A stretch of 64,000 bases of DNA from Thermodesulfobacteriota bacterium (GTDB lineage Bacteria; Desulfobacterota_D; UBA1144; Nemesobacterales; N074bin48), in NCBI GenBank assembly GCA_041572575.1, contig JBFFSH010000001.1, positions 1 through 64,000 of the forward strand. Direction: 5' to 3'. The notes under the pieces were generated by a model. That model saw nothing but the letters and a program-made list of their open reading frames with translations. It was not told the DNA's origin and made no database searches. Positions 29,638 through 39,974 of this stretch are shown in pieces (the stretch's first letter is position 1; each line of letters begins with the position of its first letter). A program made the position numbers and the translations under genes.

Positions 29638-30477
29638 TCAAAGCCTTATATTGTCTATGAGTCTGGTTCCATCCAGCCTTGCTGCTACTGCTACCACATC
29701 TCCAGAGCTCACCGCTTTTTTTTCACTTAAATTTTGTCCGTCTACTATCTCTAAATATTCAATTTCGCGTATATCCGCTTCATTCAAGATTGAATAAGCA
29801 GTGTCCAGTAAATTTTTCTTATCATTAACTCCGCTGTCAAACTGCTTTTTTACATTAAACAGAGCATCAGATATTGATGCTGCTTGTTGTCTTTTGTCAC
29901 TTTTTAGATATTCATTCCTAGAACTCATTGCAAGACCACTCTCCTCCCTTACAATTGGGTGGGACAGAACCTCAACATCCACATTCAGGTCAGAAACCAT
30001 TTGTCTTATTACACATAGCTGCTGATAATCCTTTTCGCCAAAAACTGCATAATGGGGTTTTACAATATTGAATAGTTTTAGAACAACTGTAACCACGCCC
30101 CCGAAATGACCGGGTCTGAACTTTCCGCAAAGTGGCTTTTGAATTTCCTGCACTTCTACAGTGGTTTGAAAACCGCCGGGGTACATATTGTCTGCACTCG
30201 GGAAAAATATGGCATCTACTCCCAGCTCTTCCAGAAGGTTTTTATCTTTGTCCAGATCTCTGGGGTATTTATCAAAATCTTCATTGGGACCAAACTGTGT
30301 AGGGTTTACGAATATGCTTACTACTAATATGTCTGAAAGATTGCGCGCATTTTTTACTAGCTGCAGATGACCTTCATGCAGTGCACCCATTGTAGGTACA
30401 AATGAAATAGTATTTCCCTGCGATCTATGTGATTCGGAAAAGGCTTTCATATCTGCAATATTGTCTATCAGTTCCAT
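29638..30477 (-). CDS. panC: Pantoate--beta-alanine ligase
   Basis: PTMGALHEGH, SIFVNPTQF, RPGHF.GV, GEKDYQQ, GLAMSSRN, RLIDN. Confidence 0.97.
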   Translation of the reverse strand: MELIDNIADMKAFSESHRSQGNTISFVPTMGALHEGHLQLVKNARNLSDILVVSIFVNPTQFGPNEDFDKYPRDLDKDKNLLEELGVDAIFFPSADNMYPGGFQTTVEVQEIQKPLCGKFRPGHFGGVVTVVLKLFNIVKPHYAVFGEKDYQQLCVIRQMVSDLNVDVEVLSHPIVREESGLAMSSRNEYLKSDKRQQAASISDALFNVKKQFDSGVNDKKNLLDTAYSILNEADIREIEYLEIVDGQNLSEKKAVSSGDVVAVAARLDGTRLIDNIRL

Positions 30478-30480
30478 ATT

Positions 30481-31290
30481 TTAATTACTCCAGCTAAAGC
30501 TGTTATCTTTTGCAGGGAATTTGGATTTTGTTACATCTGAAGAAAAAGACTTTATGGCTTTTGTCATTAAGCCTTTAAAATCTGCATACTGTTTTACAAA
30601 TTTAGGAACTCTGGAACTATGCAGTCCAACAAGGTCGTTTATTACAAGCACCTGACCATCACAATGCGGCCCTGCACCGATTCCTATCGTGGGAATTGAT
30701 ACGCTGTTTGTTATTGCTTTTGCAAGCTCAAGAGGTATTCCTTCCAGTACTATGCTGTAGGCACCAGCAGATTCAGTAGCCTTGGCAAGCTTTATATATC
30801 TATTCTTTTCTTTTTTATCCCTGCCCTGAATCTTGTAACCTCCCATATTGTGAAAGGACTGCGGGCAGAGGCCGATATGACCCATTACAGGAATTCCTGC
30901 ATTTACTATGGATTTTATTGTGTCTATATACTCATCTGTAGTTTCGAGTTTTACAGATTCGGCAAATCCTTCTTTCATTAACCGCCCGGTATTTTGTAGT
31001 GCTTGTTCCTTTGACGTTTGATAAGACATAAACGGCATATCTGCACAGATGTGAGCTGTTTTTGCGCCGCGTGATACCAGCCTTGTATGATAGATCATAT
31101 CCTCTATAGTTACAGGAATAGTAGTGTCCTGACCTTGTACTACATTTCCGAGGGAATCTCCAACCAGGATGATATCTACCCCTGCTTCATCCACAATACG
31201 AGCGGTAATGGCATCATAGGAGGTAAGCATGACAAGCTTTTGCTTATCTTTCTTTTTCTTTATTATGTCGGGCACTCTTATTTTATTCAT
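30481..31290 (-). CDS. panB: 3-methyl-2-oxobutanoate hydroxymethyltransferase
   Basis: MLT.YD, LVGDSLG, DMPFMSY, GHIGL.PQ, IGIGAG..CDGQVLV. Confidence 0.97.
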   Translation of the reverse strand: MNKIRVPDIIKKKKDKQKLVMLTSYDAITARIVDEAGVDIILVGDSLGNVVQGQDTTIPVTIEDMIYHTRLVSRGAKTAHICADMPFMSYQTSKEQALQNTGRLMKEGFAESVKLETTDEYIDTIKSIVNAGIPVMGHIGLCPQSFHNMGGYKIQGRDKKEKNRYIKLAKATESAGAYSIVLEGIPLELAKAITNSVSIPTIGIGAGPHCDGQVLVINDLVGLHSSRVPKFVKQYADFKGLMTKAIKSFSSDVTKSKFPAKDNSFSWSN

Positions 31291-31341
31291 AATTCATAAT
31301 TTATTATTCATAAAACATTAGTGCAGCACCCCAAAAAAGAC

Positions 31342-31378
31342 AAAAAAAAGCCAGCAGAGAGTTTGTCTCTCAGCCGGC
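31342..31378 (-). terminator. Intrinsic terminator/attenuator in panB leader
   Basis: GCCGGC-T-GAGAG-ACAAA-CTCTC-T-GCTGGC followed by T8, about 50 nt upstream of panB. Confidence 0.8.
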
Positions 31379-31415
31379 AGTCATTTTATATTTTTTATTA
31401 GAGGTACGGCTCATT

Positions 31416-31503
31416 GTTCCGTCCTGATTTTTCCTTTTATAAAAAAATAAATCTAATTAAGCTAATCATAAGTCTCAGTTCCTGTTTTTTGGAATCTAAG
31501 CTT
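31416..31503 (-). ncRNA. pan RNA motif-like cis-regulatory leader
   Basis: Hairpin AAG-CUUAG-(A)-UUCC-loop-GGAA-CUGAG-(A)-CUU with two bulged A at 31470-31503, a degenerate second copy, then a terminator; TTGACA at 31532-31537. Confidence 0.7.
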
Positions 31504-31548
31504 AGTAAAAATTTAATTACTATATTTATAATGTCAAATTTCTATAAC

Positions 31549-32244
31549 TTACTCAAGTTTTATTCTTGGCTTATAACCAAGATTTTTTAATTTTTTGTAT
31601 TCAGCTTCTGCACTGCTTTTCGTATCGTATCCTACCAACCTTACCCTGTAGTAACTGTCATTATTGTGTGAATATTCATGTACATTTACATTGTCAAAGT
31701 TTGCCGAAAGTTTCTTTTTTAGTTTATATGCATTTGATTTGTCTTTGAACGAACCCACCTGAACAACATACTTACCTTTAAAGTAATTATCTTCCCTGTT
31801 AGGAGTGGAAATAACCTCTACTTTTACCTGTGCTGTACCAGGCCCAATAAGATCAACCTCTTTTGCAGCTGCATAGGATAAGTCAATAACCCTACCGGCA
31901 ACAAAAGGCCCCCTGTCATTTATCCTTACAATAACGTCCATTCCATTCTCAAGATTTGTTACCCTTACAATGGAGTCCATAGGAAGCGCTTTATGGGCAG
32001 CGGTAAGTTCATCCTTATCAAATACTTCGCCGCTTGCAGCCCTTCTTTTATGTTCTTCTATCCCATACCAAGAAGCTAGCCCAACCTGCACATTACCACT
32101 TACTTCACCCTCTAAATCTCCCAAACCCGGAAGTTCCTGTTCCACCGGAGGCCTGGGTTTGGGTTTCCTTTTTGGATAGTACTTGGAAACTCCACAAGAC
32201 CATGCAAAAATCAGCATACATATCAATAAAAATTCTTTTTTCAT
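31549..32244 (-). CDS. rlpA: Septal ring lytic transglycosylase RlpA-family lipoprotein with SPOR domain
   Basis: Lipobox AWSC; GLASWYG, TAAHK.LP, VRINDRGPF...R.IDLS; VQVGSF...NA SPOR. Confidence 0.92.
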   Translation of the reverse strand: MKKEFLLICMLIFAWSCGVSKYYPKRKPKPRPPVEQELPGLGDLEGEVSGNVQVGLASWYGIEEHKRRAASGEVFDKDELTAAHKALPMDSIVRVTNLENGMDVIVRINDRGPFVAGRVIDLSYAAAKEVDLIGPGTAQVKVEVISTPNREDNYFKGKYVVQVGSFKDKSNAYKLKKKLSANFDNVNVHEYSHNNDSYYRVRLVGYDTKSSAEAEYKKLKNLGYKPRIKLE

Positions 32245-32425
32245 TGCAGTAAATTCATTGAACAGACTTAATCAGATTGGTCTATTCAATAAGTTTTATA
32301 AAATATAACCTCATATTTCAAAACTAGATACAAATTTTTTTAAGAAAATATCACATAACCTTCGCTGATTTCTTGAGTTTACACAACTTTAGAATAGAAT
32401 ATGAATTTTAATATTTTTAAATAAA

Positions 32426-33610
32426 ATGGACAAAAATTCAGAAGATTTCTCATTAATACAAAGATTACCTAATTATGTTTTTAATTCAGTAAATGAATTG
32501 AAAACTAAATACAGGGCAAAGGGAGTAGATATTATCGATCTGGGTATGGGAAACCCTGATCAGCCTACTCCAAAACATATCGTAGATAAACTGGTTGAAT
32601 CTGTAACCAAACCAAGAAATCACAGATATTCGGCATCTGCCGGAATTCCAAAACTAAGGCTTGCAATTTGTGACTGGTATAAGAGAAATTATAATGTTGA
32701 TCTGAATCCTGACACAGAGGCTGTGGCTACAATCGGCTCAAAGGAAGGCATTTCTCACCTTATGCTTTCCATACTGTCACCAAGGGATATGGTAATAGTA
32801 CCAAACCCGGCATACCCCATTCATATTTATTCGGTGATCATAGCTAGGGGAGATATTCAGGGAGTTAAACTTTCAGACGATTCTACATTAATTGATGATA
32901 TAGAAAAAAAAGTTAAAGAAGTCTATCCCAGACCAAAGGTTCTCTCAATTTCATTTCCCAATAATCCCACAACACAGACAGTAGACCTGGATTTCTTTAA
33001 AAGAATTTATGAGCTTGCAAAAGAGTATGGTCTTATAGTGGTTCATGACTTTGCATATGCAGACCTTTGTTTCGACGGGTATAAGGCTCCGAGTTTCCTT
33101 CAGGTAAAAGGAGCAAAAAAAGTTGGTGTAGAGTTTTACTCTCTGTCAAAAAGTTACAGTATGCCAGGGTGGAGAGTTGGATTTATGGTTGGCAATCCTA
33201 AAATAATAGCAGCACTTAAAAGGATTAAGAGTTATATGGACTACGGCATTTTTCAGCCGATTCAGATTGCAGCAATAAGCGCACTTAACGGTCCGCAAAA
33301 CTGCGTAGCTGAGATAACAGAAATTTACAGATCCAGAAGAGACAGGCTTTGCGAAGGGCTTACAAGGGCAGGCTGGCATATTGAAAAACCAAAGGCGACG
33401 ATGTTCGTTTGGGGTGAAATACCCGAGCAGTTTAAAAAGATGGGTTCTCTTGAGTTTTCTAAGCTATTAATAAAAAAAGCAGGCGTCGCAGTTTCCCCAG
33501 GTATAGGTTTTGGAAATCACGGCGAAGGTTATGTGCGCTTTGCTCTAGTAGAAAACGAGCAGAGGATCATGCAGGCAGTTAGGGGTATAAGGAAGCTTAT
33601 TAATAGTTAA
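32426..33610 (+). CDS. alaC: PLP-dependent class I aminotransferase, AlaC-like
   Basis: [50 protein letters not shown]. Confidence 0.8.
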   Translation: MDKNSEDFSLIQRLPNYVFNSVNELKTKYRAKGVDIIDLGMGNPDQPTPKHIVDKLVESVTKPRNHRYSASAGIPKLRLAICDWYKRNYNVDLNPDTEAVATIGSKEGISHLMLSILSPRDMVIVPNPAYPIHIYSVIIARGDIQGVKLSDDSTLIDDIEKKVKEVYPRPKVLSISFPNNPTTQTVDLDFFKRIYELAKEYGLIVVHDFAYADLCFDGYKAPSFLQVKGAKKVGVEFYSLSKSYSMPGWRVGFMVGNPKIIAALKRIKSYMDYGIFQPIQIAAISALNGPQNCVAEITEIYRSRRDRLCEGLTRAGWHIEKPKATMFVWGEIPEQFKKMGSLEFSKLLIKKAGVAVSPGIGFGNHGEGYVRFALVENEQRIMQAVRGIRKLINS

Positions 33611-33699
33611 GTTATCTTTTACTGCTTTATTCAAAATTATTAATTATATATTTTCCATCCACATATTTATCTATTTAATTATTCCTTTTAAAAAGGCAC

Positions 33700-33717
33700 T
33701 TGACAGACAAGTCTGTC
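33700..33717 (+). promoter_or_regulatory. TetR operator overlapping -35 box
   Basis: GACAGAC-AA-GTCTGTC palindrome at 33702-33717 overlapping TTGACA. Confidence 0.75.
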
Positions 33718-33735
33718 TACATTATTATTTATTCC

Positions 33736-34323
33736 ATGACAACTAAATCACAAGAAGTATCTCCAAGAGACAGAATAATTAAGACGGCTCTTGATCTGTT
33801 TTATAGTCAGGGCTATCTTGCAACTGGAATTAATCAGATAATTTCAGAATCCGGCGTATCCAAGAATACTTTTTATTATCATTTCCCCTCAAAAGAGGAT
33901 TTGTGCGTAGCATATTTAAGAGCACGGCATGATATTTGGAGCGGATGGCTTAAGGATAAGATAAACGAATTTGACTCTCCTTATGAAAGGTTTATAGCAC
34001 CTATGGAATTTCTTCATGAGTGGATGCAGGCCTGTAATTACAGGGGTTGCGCGTTTTTAAACATTGCTTCAGAGGTTCCTAATCTAAACACAAATATAAG
34101 AAGAGAAGTGGTCTATCACAAGAATTCTCTCAATTCCTTGCTAAAAGAACTAACCAAGGAACTAAAACGTTCAGACTCTAAGTACAGTGATATTGATGAA
34201 GAGCTTATCGGTAATTCATATTATGTAATTTTTGAAGGAGCAATAGTATCGAGTCAGAATTTTGGTGAAATTTGGCCTGTGGAAGCAGCCAGAAAAAATA
34301 TTGAAAAAATTGTGAATCCCTAA
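33736..34323 (+). CDS. TetR/AcrR-family regulator
   Basis: [40 protein letters not shown]. Confidence 0.93.
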   Translation: MTTKSQEVSPRDRIIKTALDLFYSQGYLATGINQIISESGVSKNTFYYHFPSKEDLCVAYLRARHDIWSGWLKDKINEFDSPYERFIAPMEFLHEWMQACNYRGCAFLNIASEVPNLNTNIRREVVYHKNSLNSLLKELTKELKRSDSKYSDIDEELIGNSYYVIFEGAIVSSQNFGEIWPVEAARKNIEKIVNP

Positions 34324-34347
34324 GATATATTTTTTTATCTTAAATAG

Positions 34348-34363
34348 TACAGACTTGTCTGTA
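34348..34363. promoter_or_regulatory. Second TetR operator
   Basis: TACAGAC-TT-GTCTGTA palindrome upstream of hydrolase. Confidence 0.75.
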
Positions 34364-34405
34364 TGTTTAATGCATATAAATAAATCTAATAAAAGGAGAA
34401 TAATA

Positions 34406-35410
34406 ATGAAACAAGTTAAATCATTTTTAACAAAGACATTAGTAGGAACAATTGTCGTAATCTCAGTTCTTTTTATAACCCTAGGATATTTAGAGGCTGC
34501 AGAGTCAAACCACGAAACAAAACCCAATGAACATAAGACCCTTCACAAAACAGTAGAGATAGACGGGCTTGAAATATTCTATAGAGAAGCAGGGCCAAAA
34601 GATGCACCGACCATACTTTTACTTCACGGTTTTCCGACATCATCTCATATGTTTAGAAACCTAATAGAGGAGCTTTCGGATGATTTTCATCTGGTTGCCC
34701 CGGATTATCCTGGCTATGGCTTCAGCTCCATGCCTACAGTGGATGAGTTTGACTACAGTTTTGATAACCTTGCAAATATAGTACATAAATTCACAAAAAA
34801 AATAGGACTTGAAAATTACAGTCTGTATCTACAGGACTATGGCGCTCCCGTAGGATTTAGACTTTTTACTAAAAATCCAAATAAAGTAGAGGCCCTTATT
34901 ATTCAAAACGGTAATGCATATGATGAAGGCCTAAGAGACTTCTGGGTTCCTTTAAAAGCTTACTGGAAGGATAAATCAGATAAAAATGCTGAACCTCTAA
35001 AAGGTTTTCTTACGCTCGATGTAACCAAATGGCAGTTTACTCATGGAGTAAGAAACCCGCAGACCATAAGCCCTGACAACTGGGGACATGTACAGCCGCT
35101 GCTTGACCGTCCGGGCAATCAGGCAATTCAGCTTGAGCTTTTCTACAGCTACGGCACAAACCCTCCGCTATATCCAAAATGGCAGGCATATATGAGAAAC
35201 TATCAGCCGCCAACACTCATAGTCTGGGGTAAGAATGATTATATCTTCCCGGCAGAAGGGGCTTATCCATACAAAAGAGATCTGAAAAACGTAGATTTTA
35301 ATATACTGGACACAGGACACTTCGCATTAGAAGAAGATCTGGATGTGATAGCAAAACACATAAGAGATTTCTACGGTAAAAAGGTTGCAATGAAATCAAG
35401 AATTAAATAA
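34406..35410 (+). CDS. Exported alpha/beta hydrolase (epoxide hydrolase/haloalkane dehalogenase-like)
   Basis: AAGGAG RBS; signal peptide; [15 protein letters not shown] (Asp nucleophile), GHFALE. Confidence 0.9.
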   Translation: MKQVKSFLTKTLVGTIVVISVLFITLGYLEAAESNHETKPNEHKTLHKTVEIDGLEIFYREAGPKDAPTILLLHGFPTSSHMFRNLIEELSDDFHLVAPDYPGYGFSSMPTVDEFDYSFDNLANIVHKFTKKIGLENYSLYLQDYGAPVGFRLFTKNPNKVEALIIQNGNAYDEGLRDFWVPLKAYWKDKSDKNAEPLKGFLTLDVTKWQFTHGVRNPQTISPDNWGHVQPLLDRPGNQAIQLELFYSYGTNPPLYPKWQAYMRNYQPPTLIVWGKNDYIFPAEGAYPYKRDLKNVDFNILDTGHFALEEDLDVIAKHIRDFYGKKVAMKSRIK

Positions 35411-35424
35411 CAAGTAAAAAACTG

Positions 35425-35452
35425 GCCGGGTGCTTACATAAAAGCATCCGGC
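35425..35452. other. GC-rich stem-loop between hydrolase and ECF sigma genes
   Basis: GCCGGGTGCTT-ACATAA-AAGCATCCGGC; no U-tract on plus strand. Confidence 0.5.
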
Positions 35453-35485
35453 AAAGTTGAATATAAAAGTAAAAGGGGGTTAAAA

Positions 35486-36148
35486 ATGTTATTAGAAAGA
35501 AGGATAGAGACAGGAAATAAAACAAATTATCTAAGTACAGATTTAGACTACAACAATATAGCAGATGAGAAGTTGGCTGCACTATATGTAAATGGAAGAG
35601 ACGAAGCAGCATTCAATGAACTTGTAAACAGATTTGGAGACAAGATATACAGGCTTGCAATGAGGATAACCAAATCTCCTGAATCTGCCGAAGAGGTTTT
35701 ACAAAGGGTATTTGTTAAATTGGTTGGGAAGCTAAGATTATTCAGAGGTGACTCAAAGTTATCAACCTGGATTTATACAGTTAGCAGCAATGAAGCATTC
35801 AGGTATTTAAGAGAAAGGAATGGTTCGAGAGAATACAGTCTGGACGAATTAAGTGATAAACAAAGTGATGAACATAAAGGCTGGTTGCAACCAAGGGACA
35901 CCAATCCAGACCCTGAAAGCAATGCTATTAATACTGAGATATCAGAAATATTGGATAATGCAATTAATGAACTGCAAGAGGAATATCGCACTGTGTTTCA
36001 GCTAAGAGATGTTGAGGGTTTATCCAATTGTGAAGTTGCAGAAATTCTTGGACTATCTATTCCTGCTGTTAAATCAAGGATTCTTAGGGCAAGGACTCAG
36101 CTTAAAGACAAATTATCTAAGCAGATTTCTAAAGATATCATATCATGA
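35486..36148 (+). CDS. ECF sigma-70 factor
   Basis: AF.ELV.R....IY.LA.R, FRGDSK.STWIY, LRDVEGLS..EVA.ILG.S..AVKSR..RAR. Confidence 0.93.
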   Translation: MLLERRIETGNKTNYLSTDLDYNNIADEKLAALYVNGRDEAAFNELVNRFGDKIYRLAMRITKSPESAEEVLQRVFVKLVGKLRLFRGDSKLSTWIYTVSSNEAFRYLRERNGSREYSLDELSDKQSDEHKGWLQPRDTNPDPESNAINTEISEILDNAINELQEEYRTVFQLRDVEGLSNCEVAEILGLSIPAVKSRILRARTQLKDKLSKQISKDIIS

Positions 36149-36167
36149 AAGGAAAAGAGTCATAAAG

Positions 36168-39100
36168 TTAATATTCAAAATTGAAAAATATATCACCGCC
36201 GGATTGCTCGCTTCCTACATCACTGCCTACAGAAAGAAAGTCAAACAATCGATATTCCACTTTAACTGTATTAGTAGGAATAGATGACCCGGAATCAGAT
36301 GATGATTTCCTCTCATAGGCAAAATAGATATCATCATTTAAGTATTTACCTACTTCAAGCTCAGGACCGGATTCACCTGATCCGAATGAGAGTACATCAG
36401 GGGAAACATTGTCGCCTAAAACTCCCTTAAGCTGATTAAGAGCTACCCCACCGGCAAGACCTGTAGCCGCTGATCCAAGTGCAGATCTTTCACCACTTCC
36501 AAGTTTGTCAGACGATGTTCCAAAGATTAAATATGAAACAATATCAGTTTCCTGCAGTGAAGGATTGCTTGTTAACTTAATCTCAGGATTTTTAACATCT
36601 CCACCAATACCTACAAACACGTCCACATCCGAGACATTATAAAGAGCAGTAATGTCGAGAAGAGGGTTAAGATCTTTTATCGCCGGGAAATTCACATTTC
36701 CTTCCTGTATTTTAAACAGTTTTCCAAATATTTTATATGTACCTCTAACCGTCGATATATTTCCCGTTATAAGTGGTTCGTCTTTATATTCCTTATCAAT
36801 TTTGAGTTTACCTTTAAGCTCAATATTAGCCCCCCTTCCCCTCACCCAGCTGTTCTTGGGAATCGTGACATTTAGATCCAAAGCCATATGGTCTTTAAAG
36901 TAGCTTCCTTTCTCTTCATCCTTGATCACAATCTCATCATTTTCGTTAGTCTCTTGATCAACAAATTTAATTTCACTAACCTGTTGTTTTTTCTGCTGCG
37001 TAATAGTTATTCGTGTCTTGTTTAGAGTTGCATCTCCGGCTGCGCTTATATCTTTGCCATTTCCGCTTAACTGCAAATTCCCAGAAAGATCTGTTTTAAT
37101 TCTTTTTGGGTTAATTCTAAACCTGTCGAATTCTCCCTGTGCCTTAAAACTCAGATCAGATAAATTAAAATCACCGCTTATACCCGCAGTACCATCTCCG
37201 CTGGATATCATAAATTCATTGAATACAGCTTTATCACCATCGAATTTCATATTCCCATTATCAATTGTAATTTTATTTTTTAGCTGTTTTAATTTGAATT
37301 CTGTATCTTTGATCGCTGTATTTCCGAAAACTCTGGGAGCTTTTGGTGTACCTTTGATTTTTAAGTCCAGATCGATCACACCATTTATATCATCTAATGT
37401 ATCTATAAAAGCTGAAAAAGGGCTGAGATTTAGATTTTGAGAAAATAGTGATAAGTCCATACTAGTAACACCAGAAGATTTTTCATTACTAAAATTTAGA
37501 TCGGTATTAATAAAGCCTGAGAGATTAAGCTTGTTATTATCCTGTAGATCCGAAGTGAGATTTATATCAAATTTCTTATTGCTATACTTTGTATTTAGGT
37601 TTAATTTACTTGATGCGAATTCTCTGTATTTAAGGTTGTCGATAGATAGCTGAGAATTTAGCCTGGGCGCTTTTGTGTTTCCGTTTATATCAAGATGGCC
37701 GTTCACTACACCACTGAAAGCTTCCTGTACATTTATTAATTCAGAGATATTTTGCAGCTCAAAATTTATAAACTTTATATCACCTTTTAATTCATCACTT
37801 GCCGATATATTAAACACACCCTTAATACTGGACCCATTACTGCCGAGATCAAGTCCGCTTATCCTTATGCCGTTACTATAGCCTACAACGAGTGTGTCAT
37901 TGTTCTTAAATTCTGTATCTCCAAAGTTAAGTGTGATTTTCGAAAATTCTATATTTTTTTCCAATTCCAGATCGGCAATCTTAAACTCCAGGTTGTAATT
38001 ATTATTGTCATTCTCAGTAAGCAGAATATCGCCGATCACCCGCCCATTTTTTGTAGATACATCATACTCCAGGCTATTAAATGGTCTGTCATTATATTTT
38101 AATCTATTAAATTGCCCCCTTGAATTTATAGTCGAAATACCCTCATCAAATGATATAGCGCCCGTGGCATTGCCTTTGTCTGCTATCAATTTTTTTACCT
38201 TGAAATCAGACAGCTTGAGAGCATACTCAATGATTGGACTTTCCAACGTACCTTTAATCTGTCCTTTTATATCAGCTGACCCATGCATACCCAGATCATC
38301 TTTAATTTTGGATATAAAATCCAAATTTTCACTTTTTATATCATAAGAAAAATCAAGTTTGTCATTTATGGCATTTCCGGAAGCGTTAATATTTACAAAA
38401 TCAGACAGAAGCTTTACCGATACATTCTCAATCTTGTTTGGAGAAAATTTAGCTCGGATCGCACCACTTTTTATCTCATTTTTAAATATTCTTGATTTAA
38501 GTATATCAATTTGGGAACTTCCTTTTAAACCACTGATGCTAAAATTTGTGGGCAATGACGCATCAATATTAATCTTTGAATTAATTGAGCTATTATATTT
38601 CTTTTTGTTCAACAAATAGCCTATGTCGAGTTTATCGGTAGAACCCGTAATATCTGCAACAATGAGAGAATCTGAAATATTTAAGACTCCGCCTAGGTTT
38701 GCATCGCCAGCCTCACCAATCAAAATAAATTTTCTGATATCAGTTTTTAGATCAAAGTTTTCACTTGCATTGAAAAAACCTGAGATCTGTAGTTCAGCGT
38801 TCAATGCAGATGCTATTTTTTCTATGTCAGCCGGAATTTCAGTATCAATATTCGGAACTTTAGATAATCTTGAATAATCAAAATCAGACAACTTTAGAAC
38901 TGCAAAAAACTCATTATTCTTATCTTTATCGAAAATATTTTTAAGATCTGTATCAATGCCAATTTCTGCTTTACCGGCATCTCCATCAAGGGTAGCATTT
39001 TTCATATTTAGAACAGAATTTTTGATCGATATGTCACCAGCATCAAATGAGAATTTGTTTTCCAGATATTGAGAATTATCGATATCAATACTAAATTTAC

Positions 39101-39974
39101 CGTTAATATCGTCTGTAGTTGTAAAATCACCTTCACCTTTAAAATCCAGGTTCAGTTTGAGTTTTTCGTTACTAAAATCAGTTACCTTTGTTCTGACAGA
39201 AAATAGTTTTTCACCCGAATTTTTAAATTCTCCGGACATGAATATATCAGCGCCATTAAAACCAAACTTTAATTCACCAATTTCAACTTCTTCCTTGCTG
39301 AGCTTAAGTGTGGATGAAGATAAATTGTTTATAATTATCTCATCCGGATCAATATTAATCCGGCCACTATGAAAGTTTATTTCAGCAGCAGCAGGGTTTG
39401 TTGCAAGTCTTACTGTAGAATTAAAATCGTTTATATCAATAGTTCTTACTGTATCAGCTTGTTTATTAAAAATCGAAACCCTGGTATCTAAAATCTCAAA
39501 ACTATTTATGGAAACAATCCAGCTAGAACTCTCTTTTTGTGTGAGTTGTTCATCCTCATTTTTAGGTTCTTTACGACTTAACCGGCTATAGTTCCAGATT
39601 CCGTCCTGGTTTTTGCTGAGTACTAGTTTAAGTCCATCAATTTTAAAGCTGTCTACATTTATATGCCCCGCTGAAAAATCATTAATAATATTTAATGCAC
39701 TTAATGGATATCCAAGAGTAATATTTCTAGCTTCCAGAAATTTATTGTTATCAATTTCTAGTTCGGTGTCATTTATTACAATTCCATCTATTAAAGCAAA
39801 ATCCACCTTGCCTATCTTTAACTGCTGTCCCATAGATTTGCTTACGGAGCTTTTTATAAGATCGACAATCTTATTTTGAACAAAACTCGTCTTAATAAGC
39901 AGAGATAATGAAAATATCCCTACAATTAGTAGAACCAGCAAAACTGAAAATATCTTTATTATTTTAGAACGCAT
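36168..39974 (-). CDS. tamB: Translocation/assembly module TamB
   Basis: N-terminal TM anchor, long beta-taco repeats, DUF490-type C-terminus (L.SNP.L...DI.SYLIFG, VGKYL); downstream of Omp85 gene. Confidence 0.85.
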   Translation of the reverse strand: MRSKIIKIFSVLLVLLIVGIFSLSLLIKTSFVQNKIVDLIKSSVSKSMGQQLKIGKVDFALIDGIVINDTELEIDNNKFLEARNITLGYPLSALNIINDFSAGHINVDSFKIDGLKLVLSKNQDGIWNYSRLSRKEPKNEDEQLTQKESSSWIVSINSFEILDTRVSIFNKQADTVRTIDINDFNSTVRLATNPAAAEINFHSGRINIDPDEIIINNLSSSTLKLSKEEVEIGELKFGFNGADIFMSGEFKNSGEKLFSVRTKVTDFSNEKLKLNLDFKGEGDFTTTDDINGKFSIDIDNSQYLENKFSFDAGDISIKNSVLNMKNATLDGDAGKAEIGIDTDLKNIFDKDKNNEFFAVLKLSDFDYSRLSKVPNIDTEIPADIEKIASALNAELQISGFFNASENFDLKTDIRKFILIGEAGDANLGGVLNISDSLIVADITGSTDKLDIGYLLNKKKYNSSINSKINIDASLPTNFSISGLKGSSQIDILKSRIFKNEIKSGAIRAKFSPNKIENVSVKLLSDFVNINASGNAINDKLDFSYDIKSENLDFISKIKDDLGMHGSADIKGQIKGTLESPIIEYALKLSDFKVKKLIADKGNATGAISFDEGISTINSRGQFNRLKYNDRPFNSLEYDVSTKNGRVIGDILLTENDNNNYNLEFKIADLELEKNIEFSKITLNFGDTEFKNNDTLVVGYSNGIRISGLDLGSNGSSIKGVFNISASDELKGDIKFINFELQNISELINVQEAFSGVVNGHLDINGNTKAPRLNSQLSIDNLKYREFASSKLNLNTKYSNKKFDINLTSDLQDNNKLNLSGFINTDLNFSNEKSSGVTSMDLSLFSQNLNLSPFSAFIDTLDDINGVIDLDLKIKGTPKAPRVFGNTAIKDTEFKLKQLKNKITIDNGNMKFDGDKAVFNEFMISSGDGTAGISGDFNLSDLSFKAQGEFDRFRINPKRIKTDLSGNLQLSGNGKDISAAGDATLNKTRITITQQKKQQVSEIKFVDQETNENDEIVIKDEEKGSYFKDHMALDLNVTIPKNSWVRGRGANIELKGKLKIDKEYKDEPLITGNISTVRGTYKIFGKLFKIQEGNVNFPAIKDLNPLLDITALYNVSDVDVFVGIGGDVKNPEIKLTSNPSLQETDIVSYLIFGTSSDKLGSGERSALGSAATGLAGGVALNQLKGVLGDNVSPDVLSFGSGESGPELEVGKYLNDDIYFAYERKSSSDSGSSIPTNTVKVEYRLFDFLSVGSDVGSEQSGGDIFFNFEY

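Noticed and set aside
36652..39879. Series of plus-strand ORFs inside tamB
   Set aside because: Antisense shadows of a long coding frame; no motifs or RBS
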